From the NCBI GenBank assembly GCA_043228905.1, contig JBHGNT010000007.1, positions 14,508,001-14,572,000 of the forward strand: DNA of 64,000 nt. Reading direction: 5' to 3'. Both the position numbers and the translations under genes were made by a program. The stretch comes from Azolla caroliniana (lineage: Eukaryota > Plantae > Polypodiophyta). Below are positions 37,101 to 49,190 of the stretch, one piece after another. Position 1 is the stretch's first letter, and each line of letters starts with the position of its first letter. Under the pieces are notes generated by a model, which saw only the letters and a program-made list of their open reading frames with translations, made no database searches and was not told where the DNA came from.

Positions 37101-39943
37101 TCGTAGTCGGTGAGAAAAGATGACCATCGGGCTTGCCTCCGATTCAATGTACGACTAGTGGTGAAGTAAATTAGATTTTTGTGGCCGGTCAGCACTTGGA
37201 TGCGATGTTGGACCCCAGCCAAGTAGGGTCGCCATTCGATGAAGGTAGATATGATTGCTACCAACTCCTTGTCGTAGACTGGATAATTGATTTCCAGGGC
37301 GGTAAACTTCCGAGAGTAGAAGGCCACAGGACATAGTGTGCCCTCGTCGTTTGGTTGGGATAGGACAACTCCAATGGCAAAGTTGGAGGCATCGGTTTTG
37401 ACTTGGAAGGGCCTTCTAGGGTCAGGGTGAACCAACACTGGGTCTGTGAGAAAAGCTGCCTTGAGGGCATCAAAAGCACGTTGCACCGCAGAGGTCCAAA
37501 GAAATGGAGTATCTTTTCTTGTAAGGATGATTAGAGGTTGTACTAAAGATGAAAAACCATTGATAAATCGTCGATAGAAATTTGCAAAACCAACAAATGA
37601 TTGTACCTCTTTCAACCGAGTAGGGATAGGCCAATTGGTGATTGCCGCTACCTTGCGTGCATCCATTGTGATCTTAGAGGGTGAAATCATGTAGCCGAGA
37701 AATTCGATAGAGGTCCGATCGAATTCACATTTCTCACTTTTGGCGTAAAGTCCATGTTCCTGAAGTATGGATAGGACCAATCGGATGTGTCGGTTGTGCT
37801 CCTCTATGTTGGAAGAAAAAACTAAAATGTCATCAAGATGGATCACCACAAAGTGATCGAGATACTCCCGAAATATATTGTTCATCATGTGTTGAAAGAC
37901 CCTAGGGGCGTTGGTGAGACCAAAGGCATCACCTTGTACTCGAAATTTCCATAGCGTGTTCGGAAGGCCATTTTCCACTCGTCTCTTGGCTTGATACGCA
38001 CCAGATTGTAGGCTCCCCGAAGGTCGATTTTGGAGAAGATACGCCCGGTTCGAAGTCAGTCAAGAAGTGTTGGAATTAAAGGCACGGGGTGACGATTACA
38101 TATTGTAATTTTGTTGAGACCCTGATAATCCACGCATAGGCGTAAGGAGCCATCCTTCTTCTTAACAAATAAGATTGGGGCTCTAGCTGGTGATTTGGAG
38201 GGTTGAATGAAGCCCTTGGCGATGTTTTCATCCAAATATGTGCGAAGGGCCTCAAGTTCAAGTTTAGATAGCCCATAGATGGGTCCAAATGGTAGGTGTG
38301 TGCCATCTTGGAGTTCAATTGGGCAATTATAAGGGCGATGTGCTGACAACCGGTCTGCATTTTGCTTTTCGAACACATCCAAAAAATCGCTATATCTTGC
38401 GGGCAAACTGGTGACAGGAGTAGGGACGTCCTGTGACACAACGGGCACGGAAGTGGCCACGCTAGAATCGGCCCCAACGGAATCGGAAACGTCAGAGATT
38501 GAGTTGAAATTAGAAGAATGTGCACCCAAGTTGAAAGCAGCCCCCACACAAGTAACAATGTTTGTGGAAAGGGCCCGTGCTGGTCTTTTTGGAAAAGTGA
38601 TGGAGTAGTTACACCAATCCACCATCGGATTGTGTGTTTCCAACCAGGAGAGCCCTAAATAAATGGAATGACGAGGGGTTTCAATGAGGTAGAATGTGAA
38701 TACCTCCTAGTGGGACCCAACTTGAAATACCAACGGGATAGTGGCTTCGGTAACCCCCCGTAAAGAGAGAACCCGTCCGTCGATAGCTTCAACGGATATG
38801 GGTTGTGTTGTGCGGCCAGTTGGGATTTTATGTGCTCAGACAAACGTGATATTGATGAAACAAGTAGATGCACTAGAATCGAGCAAGGCATGATATTTTA
38901 TTGAAATAGACCCAAAACAAAGACTTACTTGCAAAGTGAAACCTCATGCTGGCATGTCTGAATTGTAGGAGCATGAAGAAGTAGGGCAACGGAAAGTGTC
39001 CATGGCATGACTCCTACTGCAAGCCGGACTTGCTCATTTTCCTATTGTCCAGAAACCTCCGCAAGACATGCATGGGTCATTTTCTTGTTGTCAAGAAACC
39101 CCTACAAGACGTGCACGGTGGGATTGATGGCGAGGGCTTCGCATCGGGCAGTGGCGGATGACATAGCCAGGGGTACCACAATAGAGGCAGAGGCCATTGT
39201 CACGTCAATGTTTCCATTGCGCATCGGTTAATGGTTGGAACCGAGCATGGTCGATCTCCATTGGGGTATGGGGATGGACCTCCATCGGCGTATGAGCACT
39301 ATTGGTAGAAGGCAGTCGTGACGTGCTTGGCGAAACTGATATATACGGTTGTGTCAGTGTAGCATTGCGAGAGGAAGATGGAAAACCATGGGTCCCCCAT
39401 TGTCGTGAAGATTTTCGGCAATGGTGTGAAAATCACATAAAACGTACGAAATCGAGTGTGATTCATATAAAACAATAATAGTGAAGATTCTAATTTTAAG
39501 CAAGTTTAATATCTTAGTACAAAAAGATGGAGGTCTTGAAGAGCTTTCGGATGCACTTTACTCCATAAGAAACGAACATCTAAGTGTCAACTTATGTAGG
39601 TAGGAAGTTTGCAAAGACAAAGAGAAAAAATAAAATCGTGAGATATCCCACATATACAGGATAAATAAGGATCTCACCATATATAAGGTGGAGCAAAAGC
39701 TATTATCTTTTTGTCTATGTGTGGAGCATAGAGAGTTCAAGGTGACTTGAACTAAGCTATTGGATGAATGGATGTGGCCTGGCTACTTGCAAAGGTTTTG
39801 GCCAACCAAAACCGGACCGGCGACGAAGCCGTGGCAATGGGATGGTAACTGACATCCGGCGACGGAACTGAGATCCGGCATCTGGCGACCGACGGCTAGA
39901 TGGATAAATAAATAAATAAATATTTATATATATATAAAAGGAA

Positions 39944-40010
39944 GGAAAGTAAGGATTTGAACCTTGCACCTCCAAGTTGAGAGTCAATAGGCTTACCACT
40001 AAACCAACAC
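39944..40010 (-). other. tRNA-like (A-box/B-box) module within the G2 LTR; second copy at about 46865-46931
   Basis: TGGTTTAGTGG ... GGTTCAAATCC followed by a T-run on the minus strand; not a clean cloverleaf. Confidence 0.6.
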
Positions 40011-40609
40011 ATTTTCTTGAAATTATATTTTTATCATTGTAACTTTACATGTAAATTCTCATACATGAGAGCTAAAATGAGTGACATGGTTATCATGCAC
40101 CACATGTAGTACATGAGCGCCAAATGGCAAACATGCATTTTATGCATGTCTTGTACCCTCAAATGCATGAGGGCATCTATAAAAGAGGGGAGGAAAAAGA
40201 TGAAAGGGCTAATGTAAAATTTTGGGATGATCAAATAAGAAACTTGTAACCCTATTGTTGATGTATCTTGTCTCTCAAATCTAAAGTTAAAAGTTCGATC
40301 TTATCTCTCTCACTCTCTATCTCTTTCTCGTCATATCAATCTCTCTCAACCTAAAGTCAAGCGTTTAAATCTCATATTAATCTCAATCTTTCTCAATCTA
40401 TCTTAAAAACCTTTCTCGCTAAAGCTCGTGCAAACTTCGAATCCTTACGGTCCAGGACCCCGGTGGTTCCACCTCACGATCCGCACATAGTGACGAATCT
40501 TCACGACATAATTAAGTGGTGAACCCCACGTGAAAGAGGCGGTAGGAATGATCAAGTTAAGGATTGACTGAAACTTGGAGATGGCATCCTGAAGCAATCA
40601 AGCGGGAGA

Positions 40610-43600
40610 ATTCGAAAGGATGATGATAATCGTCGAACAAATGATGAGATCTCGAGACAACGATGGGAGCGTGGATAAGGCTGTCGACCATGTCGTTGAG
40701 TTCAAGGGTTAATTTGACGGAAGGAACATTACGAAGTTCCTTGATGCATATATAAGGGAGATGAATTAGAGGGACATGTCTGAAGCGCGTCAAATCACAA
40801 GTTTCAAGAGAGTGGTCACCAACAACATCCAAAGGCACGTCATCGAGTTTCAAGAAGGGAAGACAACATGGTCGGAGTTCGAGAAAGTGATATTAGCGAA
40901 GTTCGCGATGGAAGATTTGTTGAGGATGATTCGACATGCCTTGATCAAGTGAATAGAAAAGAAGAATAAGAAGATCAGTGCCTTGAGGGTGTACTACGAA
41001 TTCATCCAAATGTTTCATCATCTCCCCGCCACAGACCAAGTGCTACTTGAGGAGGACAAAACTTTGTACTTCCTAAAGGCTGTGGATATAAAGGATAGAC
41101 GAGAACTGGGTACTCTCCTCGAAGATGATACCCAAGCGAACGAGCTTGTGGCGGATTGGGTTGTGGTGAAGCGAGCATGCAATAGGCTCGACAAGCGTTG
41201 TCAGTGGGTTGATGACACCGACTTGGCGGGATCGACTGTTGCAGAGAAAACAAGACAACCAAAAGTAGCTGAGCCGCCCAAACAAAGTAGCCCAGAAGAA
41301 AGGAAGATTGATGACGACATCATCGAAGAGCTAGCAAAGAAGTTCGAGATGTTCACGCTAACCAACATGAATCATCGGGGGCCCAAAGGAAAAGAACCCT
41401 TTAGATTTGTGTGGTGCAATAGCATGGACCACATGAGAAGGGATTGCGTGAGCCTTCGAGAGGTGATTCGACAAAATATCGTATACATAGATGACAACAT
41501 GATTTGCTCGACTGAAACTCAATGACCCCTACAGGTGAATTTCGGAAGAGGGGGAATGAAGAAATCTATGGAAGATGTTGAGGCAACTCATGTGGATGTG
41601 ATGCACTATGCTGCAATGACCGAAATAAGAGTCGGGAAAGACAAAAATGAAGCTACGAAAGTGGGAGCAAAGTTTTGGTCTTCCGTTCTCGAGTATGAGA
41701 AGATGGGGAAGGTCACAACGAATGAGGTAGAGCTTGCGGACCGAAGCGTGCAAAGTATAATCGGGTGGTCGGATCCAGTGGATGACAACACCATACTCGC
41801 GGAAGTGATGTGCGACAATCACGAGGTGTTCGTCGAAGAAAAGAGAAAAAGAATAGAAGAGCAAGGCCCATAAAAAAGACATGAAACAAGGAACGCGAAA
41901 AAGAAAGAAGATGCAGAAACAAGTTGATCTTTACAAGTGGAGGAAGGAGACGCTAGCCGAAAAGTGGAGTCGAGCAAACGAGTCGAAGGAATGGCTCGGC
42001 CCGGGAAGATTGGTGTTGAAGACCCCGCTCGAAAGACAAGGACTATGCCTACCTATAAGCTAAGGTCGGACATAGAGTAGACGACAGACCTAAAGAAGAT
42101 TCTGGAGGAACACATTCTTGATAGCCACGTGACTTTGTCCTTGAGGGAACTACTCGGCATTACGATTGTGGACCTTGTAAAGCGACAAAGGCAACAATCG
42201 GACGAAGAAGAAGAGAAGCGACTAAAAGCGAAAGCAAATGCCATAACGATGGCAAGAGATAAAGTCAATGAAGAAATGGTGGAGAACCACTATACTCGAC
42301 CTCATTGGGCACGAGCGACAACGGAGATGCCGGTGAAGATCGGGGAGAAGAAAGAAATTGTGGTGGCCTTGATCGACCACGGCTCGCAGATCTACCTCAT
42401 GTCAGCCGACTTTTACAAAAAAGGAAGATGGCCAACCAATACAAATCACGGATGGAAGATTCACACGGCAACAAAGACTATGGAGGAATTGTACGGAGCT
42501 TGACCCAATGTTAAAGTCACGATTGGGGATGTGGAGATGGATCAATACTTATTCGTGAAAGAATTGGCATCGCATCCTGTCATCCTAGGACAACCGTATA
42601 TCACATCATCTCGGATGGAAACCAAAGTGTTCGACAATGGTGCAGCATTTGCTTGAATAAAGAGTCTTGCCAACCAAAGATCTGTTCAATTTGTAACGGT
42701 GCGAGCTAATCATGAAAGAAATCGAGATAGTTTGGAGGCGAATCCTCAAATTTTTAGAACGAACTATTGGAGCATGGTGCACAAATAGTCCGAGCAATCA
42801 CAAGTCCCCACACGAAAGTAGAGAGCGCGGATTGCGAGGAGAAGGAACATGTGTCACACCTAGTGGCACATGTGAACTAGTACTACCCGACAAGAAGGAC
42901 AAGAGTCATATACAATAATTTCAGAAGATGCTGAAAAAAGAAAACATAATAGAAGAAGAAGAGCTCGTGATTCATATTATGGAAGAAGCCTCATTTAACG
43001 ACACCATCAGCCAAATCGAGGACGTCGTGGACTTGAGCTATCTTCATGAACAACACGTGATTTCGGTTAACTCCGTCAACATGTACGCTATCATCGATGA
43101 ATACTATCGTGGCATCTTGATGGAGGAAGCTGAAGTCACCACAAAATATAAAACGGTGGATAAGAAGATCAAGCCAGTTGCGGGTCCGCTACCGGAAGAT
43201 AGCTCGCAAAAGATGAAGGAAGTTGCTAATGATCCAAGCTTAAGGGATCCAAAGACAATAGGTCATGTCTTCACCGAAGAGACAAAAAGGAAGCTGCGAG
43301 TTGGAAAGGAGGATTTCCTACTCCCTAAAGAGGAGCGAAAGTTTCGTGAAATGATTGAAAGGCATGGGAAAGCCTTCGCATTCTCTCCCCAAGAAATCGG
43401 ATGTGCCGACCCAAAGATTATAGAGCCGATGGTGATCTTCACGGTGCCGCATGTGCCTTGGAATTTGAAACCGATACTAGTTCCAAGAGCGCACCTTCTG
43501 AAGCTGATCGAGCTCTTAAAGCAGAAAGTGAATATGGGTATTCTAGAACCATCAAATGCTCCTTACTCTAGTAGGTGGTTCATGGTGCCAAAGAAGAATG

Positions 43601-46240
43601 GATCATTGCGATTCATCCAAGATCTTCAACCCGTCAACAAGGTAACGATTCAAAATGCTGGAATAGGTTCAAGCGTGGATGAATTTGCCAAGGTGTTTGT
43701 GGGCCGGTCCATCTACTCCATTAGTGATCTCTATTACGGATATGAACAATTCCAATTGCCGATCGACAGTCGTGACATTACAACCATGAGGACTTTAATC
43801 GGGCTCGTGCGGATGTGTACCTTACCTCAAGGTGCGACAAACTCGGTGGCTCATATGGGGAATGCCATGAACAAGGTCTTGAAGAATTGCATCCCGGACA
43901 TCACGATGCCATTCTTGGATGATATTCCAATAAAAGGATGTTCGGATGAAGAGAAGAATGAATCAAAAGATAAGGAAGGGTGTAGAAAGTTCGTCGCAGA
44001 TTATATGAAAGATTGTGAGAATGTGCTTCAAAGGCTCGAAGACGCGAATTTGACATTTTTGGGAGCGAAATCCACATTCGGGAAACTAGAGATCTTGGTG
44101 GTAGGTCACTTATGTGGAGCATACGGCCGGAAGCCTTTGCCATCAAAGGTGAACGTGATCTAGGACATGAAAGAAGAATGTGTAAACCAAACAAAGGCTC
44201 GAAGGTTCCTTGGAGCATGCACATTTTACCATATATGGATTCCACACTATGCTCATGTCGCCGAGCCATTATATGGATTGCTAAAGAAAAGAGTGAAGTA
44301 CGAATGGCGTGACGAGCACACGAACACGATGCGAAGATTGAAGAAACTACTTCTTGAAGCTCTAGAACTAAGAAAGGCCGACTATACCGAAGGAAAGCCG
44401 ATTTATGTGATTGTAGATACGAGCCCAACCAGAATCGGGTGGTTCATCAACCAAGAAGGAGAAGATAATGCGCGGTATGCCATCCGGCTCGGACAAAAGT
44501 TTCTCAGCGAACGACAACAAAGATACACCCAAGTCAAGCGGGAACTTTGGGGTATTGTGTCGGCAGTGAAGACGGACAAAGATTACCTGATCGGGTCGGA
44601 AGTGATAATAGAGACAGATTGTCTCCCAATCCTCGGAATGATATTGGGATGTGCGACCCCAGATTTAGCTATGCTAAGGTGGATCGCCTATATCAAGTCT
44701 TTTAGCCCAGAGATCCGCCATATTCAAGGCAAGAAGAACGCCATGGCTAATATGCTGTCAAGGGCAAGATTTGAAAGTGAAAGTGACATGGTTTTGGAAG
44801 ATGAAGATGTCACCCTCGACTTCTTCAAGATGGCTCGATTATCAGCGGAAGACACAGACACGCTAACCGTCCACGCTTTCAACAAGGATGAGTACGAAGG
44901 AGGGTGGTTACTGATTGGCCGATTCTTAAGAACAATGACGACGGATGCTTCGTTGACAAAGGAGGAGGCTCTACAAATCCGGAAGAAAGCTTATTGATAC
45001 TTCCTGAAGGGAGTCTTCAATTGGCGACACCCAAAAAGAAGGACGGGAATACCACGTCGAGTGGTGGTGAAGAAAGAAGAGCAAGTGACGCTGATGACTG
45101 AATTCCACAAGAGTGCTTGTGTAGGTCATAGAGGAACGTGGGCGACGTTCGAGAAGTTGAAGGAAAAGTATTGGTGGCCAAGCATGTACAAAGATGTACT
45201 CCATTTCGTGTCCACATGCGAAACTTGCCAGGTACATTCCAACATATGTCATTGTGATGAGCTACGACTGATATACCTGCTCACATACACTTCAAATGGA
45301 TGGTTGATCTGGTCTCGATGCCAATATGAGTGGGACAAATGAAGTAGTTAGTGCTGGAAAGAGAAGACTTGACAAATCAAGTGGAAGGGCGAGCCTTGAC
45401 AAATAAGACGACGACAGCTGTTTGCAAATTTCTACTTGAAGAGGTTGTCTGCCGATACGGATGTGTGAAGAAGATAGTTGCCAACCGAGGGGAGTTGGAT
45501 GCACACGAAGCAACGAAGCAACGAAGCTTTTCAAACGACTAGGTGTGAAGCTCACTCTCACAACTACCTACAATCCAGAAGCGAATGGGAAGATCGAGCG
45601 AGGGCATGAACCCATCGTCAAAGCCATCGTACGATCATGCAACGGTCGAGTCGGGAATTGGCCACGACTATTGCCCTATGCCTTGTGGGCCGACAAAACG
45701 ACACATAGCTCGGTGACAGGGTATATGCCAACTAAGCTTATGTATGGACAAAAGCAGATAATGCCCATCAAAAGGACGATCGCCTCATGGGTAGCGATAC
45801 CATGGGAGACCGAGATGAGCCGAGAAGAATTATTAGCGGCACGGATAAGGCAACTTGAAAGGAGACTTGAAGATCTAGAACATGCGTGAAAAATGATGGA
45901 GGCAGCCCGAGTGAAGAACAAAATTCGGTTCGACAAGACGCATCGACTGTGTCCCAAGAAGATCGAAGAAGGAGATTGGGTATTGCTCTACAACAGCAGC
46001 CTTGACAATCAACATAGTACAACAAGAAAATTCGCAAGAAGATGGTTTGGACTATATCTGGTGATAAGTGCCAACGACAATGGCACATACCACCTTGCGG
46101 AGCTATATGGATCAAGGTTGGCCATACCCATTGCGGGAAAAAGAGTAAAGGTTTTCAGGAAAAGAGAAGACGAGGATCCTGACCTCGATCACCTCAACGA
46201 TGAAGATACTACGACGGATGTGAATGAGGACGTGGAGGAT
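40610..46240 (+). pseudogene. G2 gag-pol (many stops and frameshifts)
   Basis: Knuckle-like WCNSMDHMRRDC, PR ALIDHGS, RT LPQGATNS..PFLDD, RNase H IVDTSP, integrase GHRGTWATF..YWWP..CETCQ and YNPEANGKIER. Confidence 0.88.
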
Positions 46241-48525
46241 TCTGATTCATCACCCTTGTTGAAAACTCACATTCTCTCTTCTTGGTGTGTATCGCAGGAC
46301 GTGCGGTTTGGTGGGGGTGGATGTCGTGAAGATTTTCGGCAATGGTGTGAAAATCACATAAAACGTACGAAATTGAGTATGATTCATATAAAACAATAAT
46401 AGTGAAGATTCTAATTTTAAGTAAGTTTAATATCTTAGTACAAAAAGATGGAGGTCTTGAAGAGCTTTCAGATGCACTTTACTACATAAGAAACGAACAT
46501 CTGAGTGTCAACTTATGTAGGTAGGAAGTTTGCAAAGACAAAGAGAAAAAATAAAATCGTGAGATATCCCACATATACAGGATAAATAAGGATCTCACCA
46601 TATATAAGGTGGAGCAAAAGCTATTATCTTTTTGTCTATGTGTGGAGCATAGAGAGTTCAAGGTGACTTGAACTAAGCTATTGGATGAATGGATGTGGCC
46701 TGGCTACTTGCAAAGGTTTTGGCCAACCAAAACCGGACCGGCGACGAAGCCGTGGCAATGGGATGGTAACTGACATCCGGCGACGGAACTGAGATCCGGC
46801 ATCTGGCGATCGACGGCTAGATGGATAAATAAATAAATAAATATTTATATATATATAAAAGGAAGGAAAGTAAGGATTTGAACCTTGCACCTCCAAGTTG
46901 AGAGTCAATAAGCTTACCACTAAAGCAACACATTTTCTTGAAATTATATTTTTATCATTGTAACTTTACATGTAAAATCTCATACATGAGAGCTAAAATG
47001 AGTGACATGGTTATCATGCACCACATGTAGTACATGAGCGCCAAATGGCAAACATGCATTTTATGCATGTCTTGTACCCTCAAATGCATGAGGGCATCTA
47101 TAAAAGAGGGGAGGAAAAAGATGAAAGGGCTAATGTAAAATTTTGGGATGATCAAATAAGAAACTTGTAACCCTATTGTTGATGTATCTTGTCTCTCAAA
47201 TCTAAAGTTAAAAGTTCGATCTTATCTCTCTAACTCTCTATCTCTTTCTCGTCATATCAATCTCTCTCAACCTAAAGTCAAGCGTTTAAATCTCATATTA
47301 ATCTCAATCTTTCTCAATCTATCTTAAAAACCTTTCTCGCTAAAGCTAGTGCAAACTTCGAATCCTTACGGTCCAGGACCCCGGTGGTTCCGCCTCGCGA
47401 TCTGCACATAGTGACGGATCTTCACGACACCGTTCCTCTTGTCGAAGCTCAAAAAGACGATTATCACATTGAACAACTTGGGAGATTACCTGGGACAATG
47501 ATGTGGGCTCCAGAAAGTTTAAGAGAAGAATCTTGATATCATTTCGGAGGCCTCGACGAAACCGGTCGCATAAAGCTTGCTCATCCCAGTTGACATCACA
47601 CGCGATCTGGCCAAACTCTGTAGCATAAACGGAAGCTGGACGAGAGCCTTATTGTAAGGAATAGAGTTTCGTGAGTGCCGTTTGTCGTCGTTCTGTCTCT
47701 CCGAATGTGGCTTCAAGATCTGCAAGGAAGGCATGAAAGTTGTCTAGGAGGGGTGATGAGGTCTCAATCAATGGTGCAAACAACGCTTGTGCCAGCCCAG
47801 AGAGAAGACTGCCAATGAGGTCGACCCGAGAGAAGTCACTAGCATAACGTTGGGGTTGTAGGCGGATGATAAGTTGAATTTGATTGATGAAGCCACGAAG
47901 ATCCGCCGTCCAGCCGTTGAATTTGTCAGGTAGGCGGACGTTAGGTTTGAGGACATATGAATGGGAAGATGGAGGAGGGGTTGGGTTAGATGGTGACGGA
48001 AGGTGAGGCTCAACGGGTGAAGGATTGTTGGCTATGCTATTTTGAAGCTCTTGCAATGACTGATGAAGGCTTTCATTTTCTAATTGAAGTTGCTCCAAGG
48101 CTGCCATTACTTGGTTTAAGGCCGAGTCGGACATGGTAACAAGAAGGGAAGGTAAACAAACTGTCACAGACGTAGACAAGGGCAAGGACAAATGGGCGAG
48201 CTCAATATTAAGAAAGAGAGAAATATGGATATATAGATAGAGAGGAGCATAGACAAGACAACAAGAGAGAGAGAGAGGGTAGACAAAAGAGTGAGAACTA
48301 AATTATGCTTCCGTAACTGGTGTTGTTCACCTTGATTGTAATCAAGGTGCACCGAAGTATTTATACAAGAATGGGGTGGTTTGCATGTAAGCTAGGAAAA
48401 ATCTAGAGAATGCATGGAAACTTCTACAGAGTGCATGTCTATGCATTCTCTAGAAGTTTCGTGAAAGTTCTAGTGATTAACTTACAATGTAATAAGTTGA
48501 AACTTAAATAATACAATAATGCATA

Positions 48526-48600
48526 GATGGAATGTAGCTCAATTGGTAAGATTGTCCAATAAGACCAAGAGGTCATGGGTTCAACCCCCTACATTCCATC
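48526..48600 (+). other. tRNA-like module within the G1 5' LTR
   Basis: A-box TAGCTCAATTGG and B-box GGTTCAACCCC, bracketed by the 12-bp inverted repeat GATGGAATGTAG/CTACATTCCATC. Confidence 0.65.
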
Positions 48601-49169
48601 ATGTCTATGATAGCCGAAAGGACCAGGAGTCCGGAACCGATCCGAAGGCCTTGGTCACGAAAGATGACCACAACCAGGGAAGAGGCTGGTATCGGAGTCC
48701 CCAAAACCGGGCCAAATCGGGGACGAGGTCGAAGTGAAGGGGGAGGCCTACTTTCTTCTATTGTGGGAAGCCGAGGCACTTCCAGAAGAACTGTCGACAT
48801 TTCCGGAAAGAGAAAGGAACTGATAGTACCGACGCCGGCAATTGCAACAAGTGAAGAGAAAGTAATGCTCATTACCGAGAAGAATGAGTTAAACCTTGTC
48901 GGCGACGAGACAACCCACGAGTTAAACCTTGTCGGCGACGAGACAACGTGGGTTGTCGATTCTGGAGCGTTGTTCCACCTGACACCAGATCGGAAATACT
49001 TCTCATCCTACACAACCGGTGATCATGGTTGTGTTCGGATGGGGAATGAAGGTACATGCCGAATTGTTGGCATAGGAGATGTGCTGTTGACGACATCAAG
49101 CGGATGCAAGTTGTTATTGAAGGATGTCCGAAATGTATCAGAGGTTCGACTGAACCTGATATTAGCCGG

Positions 49170-49190
49170 TTTAGGGTTTAGGGTTTAGGG
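49170..49190 (+). repeat. Interstitial telomeric repeat (TTTAGGG)3 inside T3 pol
   Basis: Replaces the RLDDEGYT codons present in T1 and T2. Confidence 0.9.

Larger units (their letters stand above)
39401..47429 (+). mobile_element. Full-length non-chromoviral Ty3/Gypsy element G2
   Basis: 1108-bp LTRs 39401-40508 and 46322-47429 (TGTCGTG...CACGACA), 4-bp TSD CCAT/CCGT, tRNA-Trp-like PBS TGGTGAACCCCACGTGA at 40517-40533 and PPT at about 46310-46321. Confidence 0.93.
35895..48612 (-). mobile_element. Ty3/Gypsy chromovirus-like (Tcn1-like) element G1; integrase and 3' LTR truncated
   Basis: 5' LTR 48162-48612, partial 3' LTR 35895-36177 and TSD GCCGG/GCCGA. Gag PDKFNG..LRGFINQ (47649-48135), [21 protein letters not shown] / FGLTNAP / VIHLDD, RNase H TDASNFAIG, integrase SISMDFITDLP-like. 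Confidence 0.88.

Noticed and set aside
48526-48600. Functional tRNA genes in LTRs (also 39944-40010)
   Set aside because: A and B boxes are present but acceptor and anticodon stems are not canonical; reported only as tRNA-like.
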